A stretch of 46,173 bases of DNA from Dimargaris cristalligena (lineage: Eukaryota), in the NCBI GenBank assembly GCA_003614675.1, contig ML002295.1, positions 1 through 46,173 on the forward strand, given 5' to 3'. The position numbers and the translations under genes were made by a program. Shown in pieces: positions 1 through 11,820 of the stretch (position 1 is the first letter of the stretch; each line of letters starts with the position of its first letter). Below the pieces are notes generated by a model. It was not told the origin of the DNA. It did no database searches and saw only the letters and a program-made list of their open reading frames with translations.

Positions 1-936
1 CCCCATGATGCCAATTACCACGGCGTATTCGAAGGCGACGTCACACTGGGTAGTGATGACGGGCGTGGCGGCGAACCTGGTCGAATACGTTTGGACAAAA
101 ACCAGGTACACGAACAGGGCGCACAATAGGCACGCGAGGGTGCGGATCATGTAAGTCTCTGAGAAAATCACGCGTTTACGCATCCAGGGGATACGCTGGA
201 CCAGCGCCTGGAAACTCAGTTTGCTCCACCAGCGGCGAGTGGTCTCGGAGTGGGCCGCCCCTAGCGCACAGGTCCCGGGGTCGGTGCCCGTTAGCCACTT
301 GGAAGGGGGGCGGAGGTGGAAGGAAGAGGAGGAGGAGAAGGCGGAGGAGGAGTCCTCGGTAGACCGTGGGGAGTGGTTGTTACACGGCGGCGGGGCCAGT
401 GGGTGATGCTGTTGGTGGTCGTGGGGAGTGGTAGTGGTGAGTGGTTTCAGGGATGTGGCGCTCGCGGGGTTTGTGTCACCCGGCAGAACGAGTGCGAAAG
501 CGGAGGGCGCTTTGGCGTCAACCCCCGGGTCAGCGTCCAGCCCGGCCGGGTCCCGGAGGTCGGTCAGCTGATTGTCGAGGGTCGGAGCCCTTAGTTTAGC
601 CTGGTGGTATTCGTACTGGAAGAGAAAGCGCAGGTTGCGGGCGATGAAAGAAAACACCCATAGGAGCCCGAAAATGTGGTACAGCCATAGGTTGAGGAAG
701 CAGGGGAAGTGGGGGCGGAAGGCGTTGCCGGCGCAAAAGAGGATGGCCAGGAGCAGAGCACTGACAATATGAATAAGGTTGAGCCATAGGGACTCGTGGG
801 CCGCCCGTCGAATCCGGCGCAGATACAAAATAGTGGTCAGTACCGCCAAGAGAGTGTAAATGGCGGCGAAGGTCATGTACCCGATGGTTTTTCGCCGGAT
901 AAATTCAGGGGTGTAGTTAAACGTATCGGTGGCCAT
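1..936 (-). CDS. Multi-pass membrane protein, probable 7TM-RGS/GprK-like receptor; 3' end runs off the window
   Basis: Absent from the ORF track because there is no stop in the window. Hand translation from ATG 936 is open for 312 codons: MATDTFNYTPEFIRRKTIGYMTFAAIYTLLAVLTTILYL...HFPCFLNLWLYHIFGLLWVFSFIARNLRFLFQY...YMIRTLACLLCALFVYLVFVQTYS...TTQCDVAFEYAVVIGIMG. It has at least 4-5 hydrophobic helices. The FPCFxxLW...R..RF.F.Y pattern and a second extracellular Cys resemble fungal 7TM-RGS proteins. The RGS domain itself is not in the window. Confidence 0.7.
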   Translation of the reverse strand, partial: MATDTFNYTPEFIRRKTIGYMTFAAIYTLLAVLTTILYLRRIRRAAHESLWLNLIHIVSALLLAILFCAGNAFRPHFPCFLNLWLYHIFGLLWVFSFIARNLRFLFQYEYHQAKLRAPTLDNQLTDLRDPAGLDADPGVDAKAPSAFALVLPGDTNPASATSLKPLTTTTPHDHQQHHPLAPPPCNNHSPRSTEDSSSAFSSSSSFHLRPPSKWLTGTDPGTCALGAAHSETTRRWWSKLSFQALVQRIPWMRKRVIFSETYMIRTLACLLCALFVYLVFVQTYSTRFAATPVITTQCDVAFEYAVVIGIMG

Positions 937-3900
937 GCTGGGCACTATATTGTGAAGGGGTGGGTCAGGGTGGCGGACATGGAATAGTCACCGGGGCTGT
1001 TGGGTATATGGTGTAAGGGGATGGTGCAGATAGAACAAGGGTTGAAATTAATGCCGGTAGCATAATGATTAGCACTATATAACCCCGTCTGAAGTGTGGA
1101 AGGAGGTCAATAAACGTAAGAAGCATGGAGGAGACTAGAGAAATATTAAAGCTGAGTGTACAAGGACACCATAAACATAGCAACCTAAGCCACATTGTCG
1201 AAATAAAGCCCCGTTCATTAGAAGGAGGCGGGGATATAATAAGGATTTAGGGAAGGCGCAACCTGGGGCTTATATAGCCGAGGTATGGGAGAGCGGAGTG
1301 GGGGTGAGGAGGGGATACAAAGGGGAAATGGGTGGTAGGATTCATGAACCAAGGATAATGGATAACAGTCCAAATGAAAATAAACACAGCAACACGCCAA
1401 TATGGAAGTAGTCCATTCAAGATAAATTGTGAACCATGTAGCAGCACAGAGCGAAGGCGGAAAGATGCGCGTTAAGGAAAAAGGGTGGAGAAGGGGGCCA
1501 AGGGTCGGTGGGTGGGGGGGGGAGGCCCTGTGTCACTCAACGATGTACAAGTCGCTTGGCCAAATAGACCAACCCCCGCCCTAAAGGGCTCTGCGGAGTG
1601 GAAACGAGGGAGGAGACCTACCCACCCTACCACCTGTGTAATGCATGGCAATAGAGAATGTTGGGGGATAATCAAGGATCTCCCATACCCGTTATAGCAC
1701 GGGGAGTGGGTTATAATATAGAAAATAGCCCACTGAAACTAGGTCATCTCCCCGGAAAAGCACCGCTATTCGACACCATTCCACTTAATTTTCCGCATGA
1801 CCGCCACGCTAGTCCATCTCCCCAGAGCCCGCAAATCTCAATCTCCACCCCTCCCACGACGGATAAATAGGCTAATAGAGGGTACAATCGCCGTAGATAA
1901 TGGACACGTAATTCATAGTTATAAATATGGTACACTCACCGTAGTCGTTGAAGTTGAGTCGAAAATCTTAATGATTCTTTATATGATGAGCCGGAGCGGA
2001 GGGTGGACAGTAGTCGAGACTACGTGGAGGAGCAGTAAAGCAACTATGAGCCCTGCTAATCTCAGACAGGGTCTTTGTTAAATGAATAGTGAGCCGATCG
2101 CAAAGACTTGCGGAGGATTGGCTGCCCCTATTAAACTTGGATGGTAAAATTGAACGTGGAGGGGGCGGTGTGGGGGGGGGGAGGGTATATTAACTGACTT
2201 ATATTTGGCTAGTAAACCCGGCGGAAGGAGTACGATAGACGGTGCCCCAAATGATGGATGCAAAATTGACGGGCGGTAAGAACGCCTACACACACACAGA
2301 CACGCACACACAGACGCAATTGTTTTCCCTCACTGGTGTTTCATAAAAAAAAAAGCTGGCCCGCAGTTGGTATGAAGCGAAGGGTAAATTATCTACGACT
2401 AAGCCGCTAAGGGTAGGTAGGATTCGGGAATTAGGTGTCACAATGATGAAATACGAGACTGGGGGGTAAGTAAGGCTCGTTGGTAAATAGAGCCACTAGT
2501 CCGAATGGGTCGGTCAAGTGAATTGCGTGTTATCAGTCTGATACGGCAGCGATGGGGCGGACGAAGGGTGAGTAAAGCACAGCAAGGTAAATAAACGGAG
2601 GGTTAGTTGGAGTCGCACAAGTCCGCGAGTAAGGCATGGCCTAGGGAAATTATGGATTTCAGACAACAGTGCATTGTGGAACGTGGGGCGGTTACATGCA
2701 AGTGCGGCTTGAATGTGGGGGAGAGCCAGCAGCGTCCTTATCGACGATGGGAGGGGGGGGCTCATAGTTATTCCGGTAGGGAGCACTTATGTAAACCCGA
2801 GGAATATTACCTACCTAACGGGGCTTAATGGTGCAGGCAACGATATCCTTGTCTCAGGAGCAATAGTTGAGTGGTGTGGAACAATTCCGGTAATATATAT
2901 ATATATATAGACTAGGTTATAGTAGAATGATTTTTCAAATAAAGAGTCCTATAGGGATTAAATAAGAGGTAGACCACAGGTCGATAATAGAATAAGAAAA
3001 ATTAGAGATTCGGTCGAGGTGGGCGGGCGCTAATAGGTATATGTATTGGTCTCGTCCAGCGATGTAACCCGTGCTTAACTATGGGGATGCACTATATTGA
3101 TTTATCGAATTAGTGGAGAAATGAAGGAGATGAAAATTGGGATGGGGAGGGGGGGGGAGAGGAAAAGACACCATAGATATAGGGAATGGGCGAAAGACTC
3201 TGCGCCTAGCAGATACCGTTGTTCCTTTGTAGGCTCACTCTAATCACCCGGGCACTGTCTTTCACGAGGATGGAGTTAACTGAGGGAAGGCGAGGGCTCG
3301 ATTCTTCTGAAAGACCTTCTCGGAAAGCGCTCGGAAAGGAGGGAAAGGGAAGAGAAGGGGAGGGTGGCGAATATAGAAGCATAGATAATAATGCATTTTT
3401 AAATAGAAAAAGAAAATTGCACCCTTGGGCCGCAAATGAAATGCAGGATGGTGAGGGTTAACCGTGGAGAAGTTAGGCTACCTTTTGCCGTCGAAGCTCA
3501 GGACAGGGCCCATGCAATAACCGTGGTCCGAAAGGCGGGGTTACGGGCGAAGGGGGGCGTCCCTAGAGTGGATTGGTCACCGAATAGGCCAAAAAGGCGC
3601 CAATACCCAATCATTGTTGCTTTAGTGCGTCGTCAAAGGAAAGAGAGGGGGCGAGCATGGGCATTTTATTCATGGCTCATTATAAAACTCTCGAGCCATT
3701 TTGCCCAGTACCTCGGTCCAGTGGCTGGGGAACCCGTCACTATTATATTAGGGATGGAGACAGGGCGCTGGCTACATTACTTTAATTAATCTTCGAATAG
3801 GCAGCAGGGTGAAACTTGCCCTTCCAGTGACACATGATTAGCCCAGCGTGAACTGCCTTTACACCTGATTCATGATTTTTATGTGCATGTTACATTTATA

Positions 3901-4574
3901 TGTATATATATATATCTTATTATTCACCCAGGATGGACCACCAAATTGTCGGCAAATTAATCGAAGATGCAAGAATTATCGACCCAGCCAGTCCCTCGGG
4001 TGATAGAGAGTCCTCCTATTTTTATAGCCAACCGGCCTTTTCATCGCGACATAGAACGGGTAAAGGTTTTCCCATGGCCACGCCCAGCCCTTGTCCAGCA
4101 GTTGACCCCACATTCTTGAGCCAGCCAGCCAGCCCCTGCTGGCTACCGCTGACTGGCTGTTTAAGTTAGCTCGTCATCAGGCCACCAATTGTGCCTTGAC
4201 CCAGGTCTCGCTATTCGCATTTGGGAGGCATTTTCATTTTGATAATATTTCACTTCGTATTCCTAGTTAATACGCTGTTCACCTCCCCCGTCGGACACAA
4301 ATAGGAAAGAGGGACAACTACTACCAACCGTACCCCATGTACGGGTGGTTGAGCCGAAAAAACTTATTGATTCTAGCACCATTCTACTCACAGCTATACG
4401 AATAACAGCTCCATCCAACTTCCACGATATCTCATACATTAAAATGCCCCAAAGAGGGGGGTGGAAAGGATACTATTGTATTACATTGGAAGTGCCATGT
4501 GGAGGAGTGAGGTTAGAAGCGGGGAAAGATGCCATTGTACCACCGGAGCGACCATTGGGATCGCGTGAGAGAAA

Positions 4575-7500
4575 CTAAACGATTGGTGGGTGGGTCGCGA
4601 ACAAGGCCTCCTCATTCCGCTTGACCCATTTGATGAGTAAATTGGAGGAATTGACCAGCGTGTTTTTGCGTATCAGAGGTCCGAAAGTCGCATAGAGCTC
4701 AAAGGTGCTGGTACACTAGAGTATGACAATCAAGCCACCCATGTACACCCATGGCAAAGTAGTGAGAGAGAGAGAGAGAGAGGGAATTAAGGTGGAGTTG
4801 GTGGTCAGCGGTTATTAGTATACACATGAGGGTTAATAAGTAAATACACTATCAGAGAAAAGTGAAGTTGGTTTGGGGCCATGAGCTAGTCCCCGATATT
4901 GGGGATAAGCCAGGCGGTGCCATTGTACCAACGGACATCGGAACATATAAAGGCCGGCAATGCAGACTATCAAGGGACTGATCACTTACCCAGCCAAGCA
5001 TGGATTCGCTTTCGGAAACTCGGTGGACAATACGCGAGGCTTGCTGCCGATCGTGGAGCTGGGCCCATAGTCCGTGGTATTTTTCCAGGAGACTATTTAC
5101 GCGCAGAACCGGTTTACATCAAAGTGATAAAGTCGCATCAAACAGGCGAGTTAGACAGGGCGGCCTTAAAGACACTTTAAAACAGGTTGCTGAACTATCC
5201 CATACATAACACAATGGGCACGTTTCAAAATAATAAAAACATACGCCCAATTAGTACCAATGAAATAATGTGGAACGGCTTACCTTTGCTGCTCGTGTAA
5301 CTTCACGTAAGGCTCTCCGAATAATGAACTCGTGTGCTGGACCATTTTGTTGGACCGGTAGAAGAAATGACGTAGACCCGGTATCGAAATCTCCGCTGTA
5401 ATAGTATCAAGGAGAAGAATGCACCCATATAGAAATATACATACATTAGTAAGGCGTGTGGCCAAATGGTTACTGTCTATATTTATACCGACGTACTACC
5501 CCCTAGTCCATCCACCTGACACTAGGCCAGTTCGATTACGCACTTACCCGGAGAATAGGTCGGCTCGTTAAGTATTTCTTCAACCTTTTCCAGGTCGCCG
5601 TTTTTGGTTAATTTCTAGAGAGGAAGTAGGAAAAAAAAGACGCAATTATCAGGTGAGTTGATTGTCCAGTATTTGGCAACCCATACTATTACCCAGGTGG
5701 ACTGGTCCTTATAGGTCGGTGCTATCTAGTTCGGGGGACACTAAGGCCCCCCCTTGGGGATTGGGTATGGTGCGTTTACCTCTACGATATTGCTTTTAAT
5801 GTCCGACATTTCCGAAAAACGACTCTTGTCCGAGGACAGAAGAAGTAGACAGAGGTTAGGGGTCAGGTAACAGATATACACATGTAGGAACCCGTTCTGA
5901 TTGAATTTCGGTAAGCAAATAGGAATCCAGTTTTCGCCCATTTTAAAGGAGGAAAATGATGTTACGGTGCTAAATAAGATATGGAGATCTTGAAAACCAA
6001 TATGAAAGAAGCCGTAATGAGGACGGGGGAGGGATAGATATAAAGATATAACAATAATAATAATTAGCAAGTTGGGCTGATGATGGTAGAGACGAGAGTC
6101 AGGTAAAAGGAAAGTACGTTATGAATGTGGCTAGTTATCAAGGGCTCTCTATCATTGGGAAACAGAGTAGCGTCAGATATTATAAGAATTTACCTGAAGA
6201 GTAAAGGGCAACATTCTTGGCTCGCAGTAGAGTGACCAATTTCATTCCTGAAATCAGCAAAGCGTAAAGTACATTCTGGGATTATTAAAATCGATGGAAA
6301 TAGTAGAGGCATCAAAATAGTATAAGGTGGGGGAGGGGGGATACATTGTTAGGATGTTAGTTAAGAGGACGCGATGTAGATAATAAGTAGACGTATGGAC
6401 ACCTAGTACATTGACAATGGTAGACAAGTACCACGATAACTTCCCGACCCATTAACTAATCACTAAACTTACTTTGGACTTGGCCAGTTTAAGGGCGAGG
6501 CCCAGGCGCTCACGAAGCATGGGGGGTATCCGTATGCATTCCACCGAGCCGAGAGCGAAACAGAAATTGGTCATGAGGTTGTCCGCCAGATGATCAATCA
6601 TGGACTCGGTGCCTTAAAATCAGCGGATGAGAGTTTAGAATAATACAAATGATGTTAATACAAATGTAATGCGGCCAGTAACATACGAGGGGGGTGGGCA
6701 TCACATAAGCTAGTGGGTTCATTACATGGGGCCTCAATAGCCATAGTCGAGAGTCCGAGCTAATCGCTGTAGCCAGCAGACCTACCTGTAATCAATTTCC
6801 GCAAGTCGAAATTACTATGACTCTTGAATATTTTTTGAATTTGGGAATACGACACAATGCTGAGAATCTGGTCATAGAGATACACCAGCTGGTAGCGCAG
6901 CTGAACTTCAGGTTCCTCGGTCTGGGCTACAGCCACTAGATAGATGGGATCCCGGAGTAGAAACACGAATTTGTGCTGTCCAACATGGATGGACTTGAGG
7001 GTATCGTTGGTGTCAGTGAAAAACGCAATGAGGGCCTGAATTACCCCCATAAAAGTGGAGATCCTCGACTCGTCGCCGTACCTAGGGGATTTAGTGGAAG
7101 GCATGGGGTTGGAGTAGAGTGGAGTTTCCAATACAGTTGTAAAAAAACGAGGCATAATATTTGGTAAATAAGCTGGGACAGGAGAAAAGGGCCCTGGACT
7201 ACGTGCACTGTAGCTAGCCGAGCCGAAATTCCGTTTGAAAAGGTAGGATGGCGCTACTTACCGGCTGTAAATAGGTTTACCGGCATTGCTGAGAACAAAA
7301 AAATGTTTATGCCTCTCCCGCCAGAATTGTGATGTAGTGTCTAGTATAGGGAATTGGGGACGAGTCAAGGGTAATATAGGAGACATTAGGTAAATGCTCT
7401 GGTCCATACGACCGTGGAACTGTGTTGTATACAAAAGGAACCTTACTCCGCCTGACAAACATTCAAGTGGAGACGCCGAGAATCCTCACTAGGAAATACA

Positions 7501-7869
7501 TGCACTATCAAAGTAGTTGGTCAAAGGCAAAGGCGAGCGATTGAGAGTCGCGGGTGGGCAATTTGGGGCCGGTCACAACAGGGTAGTGTGTAACTCACCT
7601 TCGGAGTCGAAATTCTGGCGATGGCCTACCTGGCGGGAGCGGCTCACCGAAGCTGGAAGCCGGTTGCGCTCCGCCGGTTCACGTTGGATTTGCTTGTTGA
7701 TGTATTCGTTATTGAAGGGGGTCACTAGGGCACCCTTGGACGACAGTGACATGGACGAGTAGGAGAGTACCGTGTGAAGCTCGGGGTTGCACGGGCTGGT
7801 CTTGGACCGAACCCGCTGCCGACCACCGAGACCCAAGTAATTGCTGCTGGGACTGCTGGCGTTATCCAT
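4575..7869 (-). CDS. MON1: Vacuolar fusion protein Mon1 (Mon1-Ccz1 Rab7/Ypt7 GEF subunit), about 10 exons
   Basis: Deduced exons: 7869-7599, 7340-7262, 7081-6786, 6612-6473, 6275-6194, 5988-5780, 5614-5549, 5395-5284, 5092-4990, 4715-4575. Mon1 motifs [82 protein letters not shown] and WVKRNEEALF splice in frame at GT-AG sites. Confidence 0.93.
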
Positions 7870-9932
7870 GCGGGAGTTGAAAGCGATGGCCGAATGAAGC
7901 CAATGGGAGAATGTGACTTGACGAGAGAAAGGAGAAAGTGATGTTAAAAAGAGGGGGATTCAACTATGGGAAAGCACAATGTCAATGACTAACGGACTAG
8001 AGCTTTGAGGTTAGGGATGAGTAAGTAGGTGGTATAAGCTCATTGGGGTAAAGGGGGGGGAATAAAAATTACCAACTGTATTTTTGAAGTCGCCAACATG
8101 CCGTATAGTATAAGGCAGTGAACAAATTGAGCCAGCGGCCATTAGGAAAAATGGGGCGATTTCTGAGGGCCAGTAGTGCGCCCCACACACTGTCTTAACG
8201 TTGCGCAATGTGGATTAGGGGTGGCAAACATATAATGACACACATAACTGTTCGTTGGTATTTTAAACTATCCGGTACCTTGCAAGCTATCAGCTGCCCA
8301 TTTCTCCACCACATGCCCAGCTGCTGGTGTATAGATGGCGGGTTCGTCGGAGCTGCAAAAGACCTATGCACTGGGCCCCTTGACTAGTGGCCTCGCTAGT
8401 CACCAACTGGTACCAGCTTAATAGTGAACACCATTTGTATACTTTCTACAGCCAAACAGCATTCACCAAGTGAGCATACTGCCTATATTCCCCTAGTAAA
8501 CCGAGACGTACCGGTTTATTGTCATTTAGGTACATGTGTACCCATATTGAAGCACAATGGGTGATTAGAAATACACAACCAAAATCGCCGTGGAATAAAG
8601 GATTTTCTTGGTGGGTGGTGGCATTAATTAAGTCACCGCTTCCCTGCGGTTTGTGGCAGCGCTATGACCATAAATTCGGTAAGGGGAACATAATAATGCC
8701 ATTTAAGTCCAGATGAGGCTAATTTATTCGCCTGGATACTTGAACCTACGCTAAATCAAGCTATTTTTGAACATATACATTATAATACGGTGTAGTGGAA
8801 TGTAAACAAACGAGGCAAGGCGAAAATCAGCATTCTTATAATAGGCTAGGCACCAATCTTACTAACACCAAGTCCATACCGGTTTAGCCTGTATGAACAA
8901 ACCTGCTGCTAAAGGTCCAGTCTTGGCGTCTCGTGTAAATCGCAGTATGAAATGAAGTTGGGGCAATTAGCCCAAACTTGGCACGCCAGCTATGCTTACG
9001 AGATTACCCAATTCTGCTAGCTGCGTTTCATCCGCCTTCAGGCACTGTGTAGTGGCCGTACTGAGTTGGACTGTATAGTCTGTGGTCTAGGACAATCGGT
9101 GCCAATTGGGAAAGGGTGGATAAAAAGATCAAATCACTGAACAATAGTTGCCTACAAAGCGCATGGATTAGTCGAGTGGCTCCAACAGGCGATAAATCGA
9201 AGCATTTAGATCAGAATCATTGGATGGCTACAGCCTACATATATGGGGGGGCTGTGATCCACCTACCTAAATAACGTAGAATCGGTGGATTACCCTGAGT
9301 ATGACTAGTCCAAAGACTAGTTCCAACAAATATTCATTGAAACTATGACCCACACTATAAATGGTTGGACTGAACCCCTCTCATTTCGGTGGACTATATT
9401 CTATAAAACCGGCCTTCCAATTTTATTATTGATAACCTGTAATTCTGTTCCACGTCATATGAATTACCAACCCCCCTCCCCAATAAAATCGAATATTATA
9501 TACCGAAATGCCAATCACAATTCTTCCAAGGGCAGTCAAACTTTGGTTGATTTAATAAATATAATGAATGAGTCATTGTAGTTGTACCCCATTTACTGGA
9601 CTTCACACCCAATATTCAGTCAATCAAGATGCATAATCTAATTGTGACAACATACAATGGATATGGCGCTGGTCCCCACAGCAACTTAACAGGAAAACAA
9701 TGGGTTGCTTATCCCATCAATATTCAGGAACTTGAATGACTTGGGGCTACATGGAGAAAATAAATAAGGGGCAGAATAAAGGTCAAATTAAGCTTCACCC
9801 AGCCAACACCTCTCTCCTCTCAGAAACGTCAAAATATAAAAATATATTAAATTATTAAAATGGTATAATGCTGCGACGCGACGGGACGGAGCGGGATAGT
9901 ATAATCTAATAGAGGGTTAAATATCCGCCCGA

Positions 9933-11516
9933 CTACCGGCCATTTTGGATCATTTCCAAGTACTCGGCAACGGGGGGTAAGAGCAGCACAACTTTCAGGA
10001 ATAAGGTTAGAGCGGCCGGGATAAACGTCAGGATCGAAAGTGGGGGCATATTCCGATGATAGTAGCTGTGATCCTGCCACTGGGGCAACCGAAGAATAAA
10101 GCTATGAGCGGTCACCAAAGCCAGGGCCCACCACCCACACGTCGATTGAATAAAGCGCCATTCTGTCCAACTCAGGGCCGAGCCTACACCTGGTATGGAC
10201 GTTACACATAAAATGCCGTACAGTATAACCCCCAGCGTGGCCAATAGGAGACTGCCCTGGGCGTTGGCGACTTGGGCTCCGGCTAGGGCGAAGGCGGGCC
10301 CGTTGGTCAGCATCGCCGAGGTGATGACGTGGAAGACGACGAGCATAAAGGCCAGTAGACCGAGGGCTTTCCGGGCCGCGAGCCAGTTGGCCAGCCAGGC
10401 CGGGAAGGGGCGCTGGGCGGTCCGATGGGCCAGCTGCCATAGATTAGCGGTGACCCCGGCCAGGTTCGTCGACGCTAGTAACACCAGGGCCGTACTGGCC
10501 ATTACTTTGCCTATAGTCCGGTAGGGCAAATCACTGAACTGGTGGCTCGAATTATTCGCGCCCGGAAGCAGGTGGAGGGCCACCAGGTCGTACAGGAAAA
10601 AGATCAGGAACAGAAACACGGTGAACGTCACCGCGCCCCACCACCCGGGGAAAAAGCGGAAGTTGATGGATTCGGTGTCACGGGCCATACGTAGGGTTCC
10701 TGCGTCGACGGGGGTGTAGCCCAAAGTCCGTACGATATTCATGATTTCCCGTTGGGCCTCGGCGTAGTCGGTGCAGACCAGGACCTGCGGACTGGGGCCT
10801 CCGATGTCGTGCTCGAGCTGGTAGGCTGACAGGGTATTGAAGGCCTTGACTACCTGGGTTTGCGGTAGGGCCTGGGCCAGCTGCTCCGCGATGGAGTAGG
10901 CCGGCTGTCGCCAGGGCACTGAACCTCCCCGCCGGGGACCGCCGCCCGGGGAAGGGGACCGCCTGGGGAGGTCCTCGTCGGGGTTAGACACATCGACCAG
11001 AATCTTGCCGGCCAGGGCGGCGGCGTAGTCGACCACGAAAGCGGGGTGGGCCCGGTGGGGAATGGTCAAGAAGATCACGCGGGCACTTTCAATGGCGTCG
11101 AAGTAGGTGGTGGGTAAAACCGGTAAGGGAAAACTCCCACCGGCCACTCCCTCCCCCGCAGCGGTGGGTCGGCGACGGCCTACGTGCACGGTATAGCCGG
11201 CCTGGTGGAGCCGCTGGCACAGAGCACGGCCAAACCACCCGGCCCCCAGAATGGCCACAGGGGGGCGGGCGGTTAGGGTGTCCCGACTCCGGTCGAGATG
11301 GGCAGAGCGCGGCAGAAACAGGGCCTCGTCCTCCGCCTTGTCGTGCATGGCAAACCGCACCGGATCGGAAAAGGGGGCCGATGTGGCGGCGGAGACCGAG
11401 GGGGAGGGGTCGAGGGGGAACGACGAGGAAGCGTGGGGGTCCTTTTCGTCAGCGGCCAGGGGGAAAATGCCCGAGGTTGCCGGGGATAGGGACGGCGGGG
11501 GGGAGGGCTTGGTCAT
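9933..11516 (-). CDS. STEAP-family metalloreductase (N-terminal FNO-like NADPH oxidoreductase plus 6TM ferric reductase), intronless, 527 aa
   Basis: Rossmann motif ILGAGWFG, followed by LAGKILVDVSN and VVKAFNTLSAY (FNO domain). The TM region has WLAARKALGLLAF, His in FHVITS, LSWTEWRFIQSTCGW and a second His in TAHSF. This matches the STEAP2-4 layout, including two candidate heme-ligating His. Confidence 0.88.
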   Translation of the reverse strand: MTKPSPPPSLSPATSGIFPLAADEKDPHASSSFPLDPSPSVSAATSAPFSDPVRFAMHDKAEDEALFLPRSAHLDRSRDTLTARPPVAILGAGWFGRALCQRLHQAGYTVHVGRRRPTAAGEGVAGGSFPLPVLPTTYFDAIESARVIFLTIPHRAHPAFVVDYAAALAGKILVDVSNPDEDLPRRSPSPGGGPRRGGSVPWRQPAYSIAEQLAQALPQTQVVKAFNTLSAYQLEHDIGGPSPQVLVCTDYAEAQREIMNIVRTLGYTPVDAGTLRMARDTESINFRFFPGWWGAVTFTVFLFLIFFLYDLVALHLLPGANNSSHQFSDLPYRTIGKVMASTALVLLASTNLAGVTANLWQLAHRTAQRPFPAWLANWLAARKALGLLAFMLVVFHVITSAMLTNGPAFALAGAQVANAQGSLLLATLGVILYGILCVTSIPGVGSALSWTEWRFIQSTCGWWALALVTAHSFILRLPQWQDHSYYHRNMPPLSILTFIPAALTLFLKVVLLLPPVAEYLEMIQNGR

Positions 11517-11785
11517 GGTGGGACAAGTGAAAAAAAGGGGGGTGCAGAGGGGAGATTTGCCTAGGCTAGGTTGGTGCTATTGAGAGAGGAAAAGGGAGTG
11601 CCTCTCTACCAGCCAATTAAATTCGACAGAATGTTACCTAAACTAGGGGAAATAGCTAGGACTATTTAAAAATAACGACTAACGCAGTCAATGGATCAAA
11701 CAATTTATTATACAAAAAAAGGCACGTCAAATGGCCAGCGGAACACAAAAACCTAGAAGCGGGACTGAGTAGGGAGGACACCGGT

Positions 11786-11820
<35 letters not shown>

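Noticed and set aside
1471..1481. TTTTCCTTAAC, a perfect U12 branch-point match on the minus strand
   Set aside because: No AG or AC acceptor within about 25 nt downstream and no associated exon.
8890..9280. Possible decayed reading frame between MON1 and the STEAP gene
   Set aside because: Interrupted by several stops, with no recognisable homology.
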